From positions 86,056,001-86,120,000 of the forward strand of contig NC_043001.1 of the NCBI RefSeq assembly GCF_006345805.1: a stretch of 64,000 nucleotides of DNA. Direction: 5' to 3'. Every line of letters begins with the position of its first letter. Position 1 is the stretch's first letter. The position numbers and the translations under genes were made by a program. This stretch comes from Octopus sinensis. Its lineage: Eukaryota. The notes below the pieces were generated by a model. That model was not told where the DNA came from. It did no database searches and worked only from the letters and a program-made list of their open reading frames with translations. Positions 42,767 through 57,555 of this stretch are shown one piece after another.

Positions 42767-43364
42767 CGATCTACTAAGTTACAAGACCGTAAACATACCA
42801 ATACTGGTTAATAAGCGTTAGTGGAGGAGAAACACAGTCACGAAGATACACACACACATGCACACATGCACACACATATGGCGGGCTTCTTTCTCTTTCT
42901 GTCTTCTAAATCTACTCTTGAGATTTTAGTCGGCTTTCAGAACTTGCAATTTTTGCTATCAATCAAATATTGAGAGAATAGTTAACTGCAAGAATCAGAT
43001 TTAATATAATAGTTCCAAGTCATATAGCTGTCAGTTACATAATTGTAGCTACTTGATTATTTTGTTTATATATTAAACAACGTTACATGAATTCATTTTA
43101 TAATTTTAGATAACTAAAAGTAAATTTGAATATAACGCTTTTAAAAACAATTAAGCTATATATTGTAAAAGGAAAAAAAGGAGAGTAAAATCAACGATTC
43201 CAGTAACCAAAGTACCTTTGACGTATTTATGTCAATCACTCCATCCTACACTATTAAATTAATAGAAATGTTTAGTCTAAACACAATCATAGGCACACAC
43301 ACACGCACATACAGAAATGTATAGTGAAGCGTACTTAGAAAAAAACACGTATTTACAGACAGAT

Positions 43365-43670
43365 GTGGAGGCGCAATGGCCCAGTGGTTAAGGCAGCGGA
43401 CTCGCGGTCGGAGGATCGCGGTTTCGATTCCCAGACCGAGCCTTGTCTGTGTTTATTGAGCGAAAACACCAGAAGCTCTATGAGGCTCCGGCAGGGGTGG
43501 TGGCGACCCCTTATTGTACTCTTACGCCCCAGCTTTCTCTTACTCTGTCTTCCTGTTTCTTGAGTAACACTGCGATGGACTGGCGTCCCGTCTAGCTGGG
43601 GGAACACATACGCCACAGAAACCGGGAAACCGGGCGCATGAGCCTGGCTAGGGTTGAAAAAGGCGAAATA
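43365..43670 (+). mobile_element. tRNA-derived SINE (family B)
   Basis: Same head as the copy at 29466. Confidence 0.8.
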
Positions 43671-43936
43671 AAAATTACTGACAGATACATACATACATAC
43701 ATACATACATACATACATACATACATACATAAATACATACATAAATATATACATAAATATATACATACATACATACATACATACATACATACATACATAC
43801 ATACATGATAGCTGCCCCCTCGTTATCGAGTATGGCAATTGCACGAAGCTTAACTGTTATTGGTGCTGTGATCGAATACATACATACATACATACATACA
43901 TACATACATACATACATACATACATACATACATACA

Positions 43937-43968
<32 letters not shown>

Positions 43969-44721
43969 CACGTATATACATTCATACATACATACATATA
44001 TAAACGGACTCAAATAGAAATAACACAGACTGAAAATATATGCACACTGTGCTATGGATCCTTAGGCAGAGGGAGTGATGCATACTCATACACACACACA
44101 AGCACACACACACACATGCACATACACATATACAGTGTTAGAAATAGAGAGACGCATTTATAAGGAATCCACTATAACAAGTCCACCGTAAAAAAACAGC
44201 AGAATCAACAATGTGATTCTAACTTAAGAAAAATGGCGCTTACACCAAAGTTCTTGACTAGTATTTGCAATAACAATCACCACCTGTAACTTCGAGTGGA
44301 TTTCAAATATATGTATTCCAAAGAAACTCACTTCTGTCTCGATGAAAATCACTTCTATACTCCTTCATTCGTACTAGTACTCTCCGTTTAATTGTGTCCA
44401 GTCGAAAGACATCACTTTTATTTGATTTTTTTAACTGTTTAGCTATATTACATGAATCAATAATTTCGCGTCTCATTCGTAAATTGTTTTACTTCATGCC
44501 ATCAGATTTTAATATTTAATGTTCATTACATCAGTGGTATTTACAAACACATCCAGAAGAGTAGTACCATGAGATTAGGCACATTGGCTTAAACGCGCCG
44601 AACCGATACTTGACTATGTCTGGCGAGATGTAAAGTCGAATTTCACTTTTCTGTAACTACTTCAAATATCATTTTATTTTAGTTATTACAAGTGTATGTG
44701 TGCGTGTACACATATACATAC

Positions 44722-44812
<91 letters not shown>

Positions 44813-44941
44813 CTTTCTCTCTCAGTGTGTGCGTGCGTTTATATATACATACACCGATATGTATATATATATATATATTATATATATATATATATTATAT
44901 ATATATATATACAAATATATATATATGCATGTATATATGTC

Positions 44942-44992
<51 letters not shown>

Positions 44993-45736
44993 GTATATAT
45001 ATATACATACCTACATATATATGTATAGATGTATATATGTCTAAGTATATATACACACACATATACATATATATATATATATACACACAACGTATATACA
45101 TATATACGCTTACAGAGTTTCGCCTCTCTCTGTCACTCTGTGTTTCTCCCCCAATCTCCATTTATATTTTTCTCTGTTCCTTTTTCATCTGTAGAACAGT
45201 AAACAATTCAGGAAACCCAGTATTTAATATGACACTACTAGAGTGGAACCCAGTTATAAATGTCATAAAGACGGCATGCTGTTCAACCAGCTGCAGATGA
45301 CTCAATAGTCATTGTGGAGCAATAGAGTAATTCAGTTTGCTAAAAATAGCAGTCAAATTTCCCTCAATTTTAGGAGTTACTGGAGTATTTGCCCCACTTG
45401 CAGATCCAGTTAACGATTAATAAATATCATCAAACGTTAAACAAGTGAAATAAATAATTAGCAAGACTAGTGAACAAGAACCCTACCATTATCCTTTTTT
45501 CTAATTTAGAATTCCAAGATGTGTGTGACACAAGCATTAAATGTAAAGAAGGTATATTGCATCGACTATCAATGAAGTATTTATCACGTTTAGAATGTAT
45601 TATTGTAAAAACTATTTTATGGCTTAATTAAAGAAGGAATAAACATAGCTATGGCCCATCTGTTTTGTCTTTTCTATCAGTACTTCCTTGGTCATTGCTC
45701 TGATGAACTTTGTGTTCTAGTGTCTTCTATTTAGAC

Positions 45737-46074
45737 CAGTAGTTTTCAACCGTGGTCCATATTATCCCAGGGTATCCATATAAGATTTGGGGCGATCCAC
45801 AAGCAAAATAGTAAATTGGAGAGCCACAGCAGTATATTAAGGATCCATGGAATTTTTTTGCTATAGATGTATTCGTTGCAAGGAACAGCTAGGATTCTTT
45901 CTCTAACACTTTGCATAGTTCAACCTACCTAAGTGAATGCGTGAAAAACAAAATAGGAATTTTGAAAGAAGTATATATAGTATTAGCTTTTAAACATCGA
46001 ATGGCTTTGGGGTTCCACCATGATAAAATAGGAATCAAAGGGGCCCATTAGTAAAGAGTAGTTGAGAACCACTG
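45737..46074. mobile_element. hAT/Charlie-like MITE
   Basis: TIR cagtagttttcaac versus reverse complement cagtggttctcaac. The 8-bp flanks atttagac / gtgtagac resemble the Charlie NTCTAGAN target. Confidence 0.75.
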
Positions 46075-49000
46075 GTGTAGACCTTTAAATGTGGTACTCG
46101 CTTCTCTTCCCAAACGCATCGTTTCTCTGTTGAGCTTCATATTAGGCTCAAGTCCTTTTATTCTAATAATTTTCTTAGAAACTTTACTAGCATCGTTTTG
46201 TTTTTCTTTGGTCTGTTATATTCAGTCATTTGGGTTTTATGTCAATCGAGATCTTTTGAATTTATAGGTCCCTTCTTTTCCTTCTTTGCAGTCTATTACA
46301 CTAAAATAACCTCAAAGATTGTTTCGGACAAAACATTCTCTGAGACTGATGAAAGGAAGAAATTACGTTCTTCTTGGACTGGAATACTAGTCCGAATGTT
46401 GAATACAGAATGGAATCGACACTAAAGTCACATAACGGGTGTCAGTTGAGGCTGTCGAACGATGTGTCGTGGTAGGTCCACGACCCAAGATCGGTAATCG
46501 TTCCGTCCATCGAAGGAACCACTGTTCTACAAAATTCTTGTCTACCAAAAATCCTACTTATAGGATTTTAATCAAATAGTGGCTAGAACGATGGTACAAA
46601 AGTTTGTCCAAGGTACCGTGCAATGTGATTGAAACCCAAAATTATATAGTGGCAAAGCGACCTTCGTAATGAGAGTATGTTATAAAACTAAGATAGTTCG
46701 ATAGTTGTAGCTCAGTGTGAAATCCGGAAACAAGATCATATGAATGCAAACATTTTTTTTTTAAATAATTCATTACGTATAACACAGAACAGCGAGGATA
46801 CAAACATTGACGTATTTATTCATTCCTAATAGGTTCTGACAGAGTTGAAGATGAAGTTCTGATAGCGGTTGTTGATAGCGCCACCTCAGTTTAGACCAGT
46901 CATAGGCATTTACGACCAGCAAAACTTTCAGAAATACACGCCTAATTTCACGAGGAAAAAACCTTATTAAAACTTTTAGTGGTACGGCCCGCCTGAAGAC
47001 GAGCCATACGTTATGCTGCCCACTTCTCGCAAACGGTTGTCTATGCTTCCGTTAGACGATGTGTTTTGATAACACACGTGATTCGCCGATTCACTGGGTA
47101 AAAGGTATTTTGAGACACTGTGATATTTTGAACTTATCGTGTCTCAACAGTCAAGCTATCCTCCCTGATAGATACATTTCTTTACTATGATCATAAAAAT
47201 CGATACAAAGATGGGACACTACAGGACAACACACAATTACAAAAACGTTATGTAGTTCGTATGATTTTTAAAAATTTAGAATAATAATTATAACACTAGA
47301 CTTTAAATTTATCCTTTTTTTTAATTAGCAAATAAATAAAACAGTACAGAGTTTTACCCGGCAGCCTGAAAGGCCCGGCAACTTTTTCCTCCATTCATTG
47401 ATGATTAAGCTGGGTTACTCACACCCACCTTTTCATCACATCCTTCCAACGTTTCACATACTCTTTCTGTGGCAGGGGCCTTCCTCCCTGATAGATAAAT
47501 CTGACAAGAGGACAAGCTCATGTTTATAGGGATCAGCAAACAAATTAATTGCTGAATAGTACTGATGTCTGCCAATTAGATAATAATTCATGGGGTGCAC
47601 GCAGAACAGCGAGAATTCAAACAGTAAATTATCTGCTCACTGTTAATACGTTGTAGCAGATTTGAACGTGAACATCTGATCGACGTTTATTCGTTATCGG
47701 AGAAAGCCTTCTTTTAGAATGCACATTGTCACAAGGGAGGAGGAGACTTTCGACGACGTCGAATAAGCAACAGCTATCAGATATTAACGTCTTAATCTGC
47801 TAAAACAATTATGAATGGATAGATATGTTAACATTTTTATAATCAAGCAATAATGAAATAAAGGTTTTACGCTTGGTTAACCAGAGGGATATCCATTATT
47901 AGACAAACTTGAACACGTAAACTGACATTTACAAAGTAATCAGAACCAAAGTGTCCAAGCACCTTCCTTTCGTGTGTTTGTGATAGGAGAAATTGATGCA
48001 TTCGATGCTTAACGTAAAGCACTGCAGCTCAAACTCTGAGGGGGAAAATGATAGGATATTTGTTGCCAGGAACAGACGCCTTTCCAAAAATATTACCTGG
48101 TTGTCATAGATTATCGCCACCAGATGATAGTGTTAAACCGAGTAACGTGTTGGGCAACCACAAACAATTTTGTCAGTTTCTCTACCTGGTGCCTAATGAA
48201 GGTTTTAAAAGGTGTTACTGTTAGAGACAGCGATAAGGGCGATGGTATGGATACTAGTGTCTTGGTTTCCTGAACATTCTGCACGATGAATGTGCAGAGC
48301 TAGTTTCACTCTCTTGTTCCTGAAACTTGCACTGGCCCGGTGCAACAAGTGCTACGAGCCAAATAGTTATTAGATGCAGAATTTTTACGGAGCTACTTTC
48401 TCTTAGATCAGGAACTAAATAGCTGTAGAACATCATCTGTCCTGATTTCGTTGGAATGTATGTAAGGGGCCTTCTTCCGGAGATAATTCCGTGACATTCT
48501 ACTTAACCGATAGTCTGGATTCTAACCGGTGCTACTACTCCTGGTCAGAGAAGATCTGGAAAGAATATTGGCTAAGAGGTGGTTCCACACTCTTCAATAC
48601 TCTGGAACTCCCAAACCTGAGCCCATCTACCGAATGTAGTTTAGTCATATCCAGCAATAAACAAATATCTATTCTGGCAAATGATATAAGCCTGTGCACC
48701 AGTTGGCAGAAACCTTACACACAGTAAGGAATAAATCAAACACAGTAACTTACTACCGGAAACATTGAAACCCCAAACAACCCCAGTTGTAATTTCAACG
48801 CTTGGTCAATACACCTGTACGTTAGGACTAAAGAGTATCCGAGAAGATCGATAACAAGATAAAAAATGAAATTGGAAAATAAACAAATAAATAAGACAAA
48901 CATATTGACGGTTAACTGTGTAAGTAATAATTGTATCATCTATTGATCATTATCATATAATATTTCATATCGATCAGTGATCTAACAACACGTATAAACT

Positions 49001-50480
49001 GACTATTGCAGCAAGCAAGCTTCGTATCAGTATCAAACCAATACTCTACTCCCACAGATAGAAAATAGCAAACAATACAATGTAAAGCCGTATCATTTAA
49101 CCCAAAATTAAGAAAAGAAAAGAAATCAAAAATGGAGTGTTCCAAGCTCGACTCTGCCAATAATAAACGAACCTACAACCAGCGTAATTGATGAAACTCT
49201 AAGTAATGGGCGAGAATTTACTTTCAAGATTCGCTTTTAAAATAGAGAGGGCACAACTGGACATGAGCAGAATATGTTTGTATATTTGGCAACCACATTC
49301 AAACCTTAAATCGAAGCTGCAAGAATATACTTGTATAAGATTTTAAGGAATAAAATGCATATCTATATATAAGGTTAAATCTTTACAGACCAGCAAACTT
49401 ACAATAAATGGACACGGGCAGGTTATGCTTGCAGTCTACATGTATATTTTACAACCATGTTCAACCCTCAAATAGAAACTACCACAAAATACTCGTCTCT
49501 AAAATTTGAGAAAATGTGGCTTTATATGTAACTTTGGATCCCAACAGAGCATCTAATTTAAATGGATATACTTTTTCAATCCAAAAAGCATCACAGATTA
49601 AAATAGAAAACGAAAGAGATAGAATAAATAGCGAAAGGAAACAGTAAATATACATTTTAAAAAATACCTTGACAATGTAGATCTCAAAGGTAGGTCTAAA
49701 TACTGGCATAACAAACAAAATCATGAAACACACACTATAGCATTTACAATACACTGGACAATAAAAACGGATCCAGATCCACACACATAAAAATAAATCA
49801 AGAGAACGAGAAAATTTAAGAATAAAATAGTCTAAAGTCGAAGGAAATTGTGAACATGACACTTTTATTGTAGAAATAATTAGAGGAAATCTTGAACAGA
49901 AATAATTAAAACAATACAAAACCATCTGAAGCAAAAAGAAGCAAACAAAAAAAACAGCGATAATTTAGCAGTAGTAATTTAAAACAAAGATGCAAATCTG
50001 ATCATCACAGACTTAATGAGAAGAACATGAATATCAATATTATTCCCAGCTTAGACGAAGTAATAAGTACTGGTATGGCTGTGTGGTTAAGAAACTACAT
50101 AGTTTCCGGTTTAGTTCCTATGCGTGACACATAGGGTCTTCTTCAACCAATGCCTTGTGAGGAAATTAGTAAACGTGTGCACTCTTACCAACACAATCGT
50201 CTCTTTTACGCTGTATTTTCTCTTTTTTACTAACTTACTGCACTCGTTTAGAATACAGTTAATACTTTCATCCCGTTTTCCATACATTCAGCGTTTGCTG
50301 TGGAAGTTGTAAGAATTCTTCTCTTTATCATTCTCGTTTTTATGCTTTATTCCTAAGTGGCTGTAATTTGTAATACAGTTTCTCGTTCCAGATTATAATC
50401 TTTCAACGACAACTAGATTTCTGGTTACAGAGCTGAAAAAATTTAAGTGCCCCACTTGTGGGGCACACACAAGCACACAC

Positions 50481-50554
<74 letters not shown>

Positions 50555-50636
50555 TTTTTTTTTATTTTATTTATTGGGGAATAAAAATTCCGGCATCACA
50601 GGGATGCAAAAAGATTAATTATTCTCAATGAGGAAA

Positions 50637-50755
50637 TATATGTTATTTAGACATAGCAGTCCCCATCATCACACCATATAAAAAGATTTTTATTTTAATA
50701 CTTTAAATAAAAATTCTTTTATATGTTTTGATGATGGGAACTGCTATCGCTAAAT

Positions 50756-50764
<9 letters not shown>
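50637..50764. repeat. About 128-bp imperfect hairpin (MITE-like)
   Basis: atatgttatttag.atagcagt.cccatcatca is mirrored by tgatgatgggaactgctatcgctaaataacatat, with almost no spacer. Confidence 0.75.
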
Positions 50765-50797
<33 letters not shown>

Positions 50798-51386
50798 TCT
50801 GTGTGTAAAGAGGTTGTTCTTCCTAGGGATATTTATGCAAGTGTACACCGGTTTAGCTCCATATCAATTAACGATACTGGGAATTCCATATGTGGATATT
50901 GTATTTATCGTTGGTTCATCTCTGATAAATAGTACCTTACACTTTTGAAATCCCAGTTGTCACTATAGATGTTTTCATCTTTTAGACATAGGAGAAAAAA
51001 TTTAACAATGCAAAGAAAATGGAGAATGTGTACACAGAATATTCAATATACTCATCATAATAATAATCAATTCATATTGCCTACGTACGTTTTGGTTCCA
51101 ATTACTTAAATCAATATTTATGTAATTAAATATCATTATGAATTTGAAAAAGCAAAAACCTTCGTCAGGGCAAGAGATTATCAAAGTAAAATTTTACCGT
51201 TACTCATCCTAACGGATGAAGAGTTCATTTTACTTGAATTGTGGTCTGTGCGTCTTGGATTCCGTTCTAAAAATAGCTAGAGGTTGATTTTGACCCCACT
51301 GGACAAGGGACACTTGACTAATGTTATAATAAATATATTGATTATTCTATATATACAATCTGCATTTTCTTTGTATATATGTATGT

Positions 51387-51566
<180 letters not shown>

Positions 51567-52449
51567 GTAGATATGATGATACTATGAAGTTATGGTAACT
51601 TTCTCAATATTTCAGATTTATCCCACGCAGCATGAAATACAAATTACACACATAGGAAACTGAAAAAACAATCATTGGTATGTAATATCAAGTATATCAG
51701 CATATGCCCGTTTAAATACAAGGAAAGAAATAATAACAAACAACCGAATTACAAAAGAAAAATACCTTCAATAATAAAAATGATAAATCCAGACTATAAT
51801 ATATAAGTATATCAATATACAACGAGCAGAACACCTATAAAAATATACTGTTCAATAGAAATTCTATACATATATCTACAATCATATTCTATCTACATAA
51901 ATCAACAGACACGAGGAAGAAAAATATCTAAGCAAATGCAAAATGATAAGAACTGCAGAAATAATTTAGAAAGACGTAATAAAAGAATAATAAAGAAATT
52001 GAATTCAAGAAATAAAGCGTACTAAAAATTGAAAAAAAGTAGTGCAGATATCGGAGAAATGGCTCTCAGAAGTGAGAACAGAGACAAACATTAAATGTGC
52101 GAATATACCATTACAATAAATTCTATGCGACTCAAACGTTGAAACAGATAAAAGTTAAGTAAATCTCATATGCTTTGTGAATGCATAATAAGAAAACTAA
52201 GAACAAAGATAGAAAATATTAGATGAGTAAAATAATAACAAGCATTGGAGAAAATATAACTACAGAAACATTAACCATAGCTCAAAGAGCTTAGAATATT
52301 ACACGCATACAAAATCGTTACTTTGAAACGAAATAGAAGTTGGAAGGATAAACTTAGATAAACATAGATGTGTTTGGACCAAAATAGGCACAGGCTACGT
52401 GAAACTTAATACCACCTGCTAGAATCTGTTAAGTAATGTTTAAGTTATG

Positions 52450-52800
52450 TTTTGTGTCATCATAACCCATTCAAAGAGAAGGTTATGTATTGTCTGGTAT
52501 TCCTTGAAGAAATTTGTTCAGATAAGATTTGATGGCTAAGTGATATTTGTCTTCTTTATCTTCTTCCGAGATACCGTTAAATGCGTCATAGCCGTTTGAG
52601 ATAAAGTAGTTGTGTTGTAAAGCTGGTATGTGATATGCGCATGATTTGTGTAGAGGATGTATGGTACCAGTTTTGGATGAATTAATTTTCTTGATCTAAA
52701 TCTAATTATCTGCAGAACTTCAAATTCATCCGTCTAGCGACGGATTAGCTTTGAGTGAGGTACCTCCTAGTCTCCCTAAGTCGGTGAACCGAAGAACCGC
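52450..52800 (-). pseudogene. Decayed CR1/L2-type LINE 3' end
   Basis: IHPKLVP...LQHNYFISNG.DAFN...KSYLNKFLQGIPD resembles a LINE ORF2 C-terminus. Multiple frameshifts. Confidence 0.55.
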
Positions 52801-53382
52801 ATTTGTTAAGAACATATATTGCCTAAAGATGAGGTATTCCCCATTGATGGAAAATATCAGAGATCAGATATTCATGATCGAATCTCCCAGAATATATTAT
52901 GTATGGATGCATAATTATACTTAGAAGGAAATTCTACAGATAATAATATATGAAATATATATAGATATAAAAGACCGAACAAAAGACAGAAGGTGGAAGG
53001 TTCTGGGTTGAAATGAATGAAAAAGGAAGAGAAATACACGAAAGAGATCTTGAACATCATAGACTAAACAACAAAATAAGTATTTTTCAATATCTTTGAG
53101 CGCAAGCAGCAGTTGCAGACATAAAACATCTCTAACTTGGAAAAGAACTAAAAAAGAAACCCTGAAAGGTCGTCAAAGGCACATTTTACACGATATCTCA
53201 ATTGAAACATTTATCATTAATAATAAGCCCCGCATCGAAATCTTTTGACAAGCTAACAAAATGAGATATTCAAAACTAATAAGCCAGGAAACCAAATAGA
53301 TAGAGGATACGTCTTTAATATGAAATGTATTGAACCAGACATTCACGAAAATGTTTGATACAAATTTAGATGAACATAAATC

Positions 53383-54960
53383 GCGTGGCTGTGTGGTAAT
53401 TAGGCGCAGGCGTGGCTGTGTGGTAATTAGCTTGCTTACCAAACACGTGGTTCTGGGTTCAGTCCCACTGCGTGGCACCTTGGGCAAGTGTCTTCTACTA
53501 TAGCCTCGGGCCGACCAAAGCCTTGTGAGTGGATTTGGGAGACGGAAACTGAAAGAAGCCCGTCGTATATATGTATATATGTATATATGTATATATGTAT
53601 ATCAACAGAGTCAATTATTTGCCGAAGCTTTTTCAACTATTTTCAAACAAGATGATGGTCGTGAACCCCCTCCATTTGATAGATCGGTACCTCCAATGCT
53701 TCGATTGATCATCACGCGGGACGAAGTCAAACGTGTTATTCAAGGCCTCGATGTCAACAAGGGTCACGGCCCTGACGGCATACACCCACGGGTTATCAAA
53801 GCGTTGGCTCCGGTCATCTGCGAGCCCTTAACACGACTATTCAATATGTCATTGGCGACGGGTGTTATACCTGCAGACTGGAGAACAGCGATAATCTGCC
53901 CAATTTTCAAGAAAGGGAGCCGCGAAGACCCGCTTAACTACCGACCGGTTTCCCTTACATCAATAATCAGCAAGATGTTCGAAACCATCCTTAAGAAAAG
54001 TATGATGCTCCACCTCCTAAACACAGCCTCGATCACTGTTGTTCTTAGTCTTCATAAATGACTTGCCCGACGACCTCACGCAACACACCCTTCTATTTGC
54101 CGACGATATCAAACTGGTCGCTCCTCGCGGTAGTATAGAGGATCTTCGTCGATGCCTCCACCAAATTTGGAAGTGGTCTAACGATTGGGACCTGTGTCTG
54201 AACGTGTCAAAGTGCTGTCATCTGCCTGTCGGCTCTACTCCTGCAACTCAACTTGATTTCGAGCCGGGTCGTCTGCTGCTGGAGAGGACCGATCAGGTAA
54301 AGGACCTGGGTATCTTGGTGGATTCCTCCTTTTCGCCTTCGGCCCAGTGCGTCCATGCTGCCAACAAAGCGCGCGGAATTCTGTTTTTGATTCGACGGTC
54401 ATTCGGAGTGCTCACAGCAGCCATATTCCTGCCACTCTATGTCACGCTGGTGAGACCCATATTGGAGTATGGGATTCAAGCCTCTTCTCCTTATCTCCTC
54501 AAAGACATACAGCATCTCGAAAGAGTCCAGAGGCTGGCTACCCGCATGGTTCATGGTCTCAAAAATTTGTCCTACGAAGAAAGGCTGAGGACGCTCGACC
54601 TTTATTCTCTTGAAAAACGCTGCCGCCGTGGTGATCTCATTCTCGCCCACAACATCATAAGCGGGAAGTGTAACCTCTCGAAAGAGCTGTTCTTCACTCC
54701 TGCTCCGGAGCGTCGGCTGCGGGGTCATTCCGAAAAGCTCTACCTGCGACGATTTCATCTCAATCGAAGGAGAGGAGCTTTCTCAGTCCGGGTTGTGGAT
54801 CCGTGGAACAAGCTGCCAGACGAGATGGTGAAGATGCCGACGACCGCTTTGTTCAAAGCCTCCCTGGACCTCAAGTGGCCTGAACTCTTTACATGAACAC
54901 CACCCTGTACTTAACTCCATGTCCCCCTACATGGCCTTGCTATTTGCTTTTGAGCCAAAT

Positions 54961-54994
<34 letters not shown>

Positions 54995-55207
54995 CTATGT
55001 GTGTTTGTGTGTCTGTGTTTGTCCCCCCAACATCGCTTGACAACCGATGCTGGTGTGTTTACCTCACCGTGACTTAGCAGTTCGGCAAAAGAGACCGATA
55101 GAATAAGTACTAAGCTTACAAAGAATAAGTCCTGGGGTCGATTTGCTCGACTAAAGGCGTTGCTCCAGCATGGCCGCATTCAAATGACTGAAACAAGTAA
55201 AAGAGAA
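53383..55207 (+). mobile_element. SINE family A split by a LINE insertion (halves 53383-53567 and 54995-55207)
   Basis: The two halves match the intact copy at 31508-31936. Confidence 0.8.
53603..54985 (+). mobile_element. 5'-truncated, internally deleted CR1-type LINE with an (ACTA)n tail
   Basis: GPDGIHPRV..., WRTAIICPIFKKG...NYRPVSLTS, then LFLVFINDL..LFADDIKL, YLGIL-like DLGIL, LERVQRLAT and LRGH. Terminal taac repeats. Confidence 0.9.
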
Positions 55208-55693
55208 AAAGTATCCACATCTTTAGAAATTAACGACAGACGACGAGATGACTGAACTAAATGGGGAGCCCACTTTATGGCAGTTCGACATGGTAGCAAT
55301 AGTAGTCAAGTCTCCCTCAATTAGCATTCTTGCGCATGCCATATCTTCTATTTCCCTCACATACAAAACATCAGTCTCTCACCCACCCGTATATATATAC
55401 AATATAAAACACCTCACTCTCTCTTGTCCTCTCTGACGCACATATAATAAAATATAGATAATGAACAGAACTGATCAACAAGTTTTGGACTGTTTCAGTG
55501 TGGGATTCCTAAAAGTTGACCAGAGCCCAAGCATCTATTTCATCTTCTTTTGTTCCTTTCCTTCATAACATGCTTTCACTTAATTTTGCTCCGTGATGTA
55601 TGTCTGTCTCACTTTTTCACTCCGCCATCGCTCTCACCTTCTCATTCATTCTTTCTTTTCTTTCTTTCTTTCTTTCTTTCTTTCTTTCCCTTA

Positions 55694-55726
<33 letters not shown>

Positions 55727-56316
55727 CTATCTATTTCTATTTATCTATTTATCTATTTATCTATTATATAGGTAGTTAGGGTAAATCACTGCCGGTTCGT
55801 CTTGAGGCACATTTGCATATTCCGTTTTACTACAATCCAATATGTGATCACATTTACTGCTGAAAGTTAGTCAAAATACATATGGAAATACTATTTGCTG
55901 AACAAACAAGAAAGTGGAAATTTTTTGGTATTAATGATTCTCTATTACACGTGTTTCATTTACTAACAGGAATTACGAAAACTTACATGTTAAATAGCTA
56001 TGCAAGAAATTCCCTGTCTTTCTACTTATTCATCATATCACTTCACAAACTTATAACTTACACAGCAGTTTAACAAAGAAAAGGGCTTTAGGTGTATCGT
56101 GGCTTCAACGGTCACCGACAAGACATCTCATCTAGGAGCTTGGTATTCTAAAACATAAATGTGTAGCATGCGAAAAAGGTACAGGAGTTAGGGCACAGAA
56201 AAAATAACACACGTGTACAGATTTGGATAAAAAATATGTTTCTGTAATGACTAAATTTCTCTAACACTGATATTCACTAATCTCATGCTGTAATATCTCT
56301 TTTTTTTTTTTATCAG

Positions 56317-56449
56317 CTTTAATAAATGATCTACGACGATGTGATCCCAACAATATCATACAGTGTATCCAGCCTATGCACAAACACATTTCTGAAATGG
56401 GAGGCCTTGGAGAAACATACGATATAGAGACGTTGGAAGATATATGTGG
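56317..56449 (+). CDS. Host gene internal exon (133 nt), Cys-rich peptide of unknown family
   Basis: Acceptor tctctttttttttttttatcag and donor GG|gttagt. Open frame LINDLRRCDPNNIIQCIQPMHKHISEMGGLGETYDIETLEDIC; phases 1 and 2. Confidence 0.75.
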
Positions 56450-56528
56450 GTTAGTACGTTGTTGTTTATTTCTAATCACAAATTTCTATTTTGGTTATTC
56501 TGTATATGCCCACAAAAAATGCATATAA

Positions 56529-56595
<67 letters not shown>

Positions 56596-56766
56596 AGTGC
56601 TAGTTAAACATTGGGGTTGATCTAATCAATTTAACTCCCTCCCCAAAATTGCTGGCCTCGATCCAAAATTTGAAACCAATAAACATATTTAGCCGATCCA
56701 TATATTGTTGAAACGATTTTATTGAAGGAATAAATATTATACATAACTTTCATTCTTGGGCTTAGC

Positions 56767-56806
<40 letters not shown>

Positions 56807-56812
56807 ATGTGT

Positions 56813-56881
<69 letters not shown>

Positions 56882-56900
56882 AGGATGAAAAGGAACACAC

Positions 56901-57555
56901 GAGTTGATATATATGGAAAAAAAGTCAAGATAGAAAATGCTAAAATAATTTTATGAAAAACATTTCAGTACCGGTTTCAGTCATTGAGACTTTTTCAACT
57001 GTAACAATTAAATAATTAAATTTAGAAAAATTAAAAGAAAATTTTTTTTTTAGAAAGAATATTTGTATAGTGTTCAAATACAAGTGGCATTTTCCTTGTT
57101 TCTGCCTGTCTCTGTCTTTCTTGTTTACTCTTGTGGGTTCGAGGTCGTAGTGAATTCTTCGAGTATTTTCAGCAGCATAGATTTAATAAAAGTATTTTAA
57201 ACGTTTTACTGTAGCAGAATAGGTAAAAAAAAAAACAAGAAAAAAACGGTATATGAAACCAATTGAAGCATAGAATATACCAAGAATTCACTACGACCTC
57301 GAACCCACAAGAGTAAACAAGAGAGACAGAGACAGGCAGAAACAAGGAAAATGCCACTTGTATTTGAACACTATACAAATATTCTTTTTAAAAAAACTTT
57401 TCTTTTAATTTTTCTAAATTTAATTATTTAATTGTTACAGTTGAAAAAGTCCCAATGACTGAAACCGGTACTGAAATGTTTTTCATAAAATTATTTTAAC
57501 ATTTTCTATTTTGACTTTTTTTTCCATATATATATATATATATATATATATACTC
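56901..57555. mobile_element. About 260-bp inverted repeats (56901-57159 / 57282-57555) with a 122-bp spacer; PLE-derived
   Basis: The arms are reverse complements with a few substitutions and one expanded TA tract. Confidence 0.9.
57438..57473 (+). ncRNA. Minimal hammerhead-like motif with a U3-A8 core; mirror copy at 56966-57001 (-)
   Basis: CAG-TTGAAAA-AGTC ccaat GACT-GAA-ACCGGT-A-CTG. The palindromic helix III and GUA site are intact. Confidence 0.7.

Noticed and set aside
46874-46892. CTCF-like agcgccacct motif
   Set aside because: Only a partial core match, which is expected by chance in 64 kb.
55882-55927. Possible first coding exon MEILFAEQTRKWKFF with a phase-1 donor
   Set aside because: The phase fits, but the donor (G|gtatta) is weak and the peptide is not signal-like.
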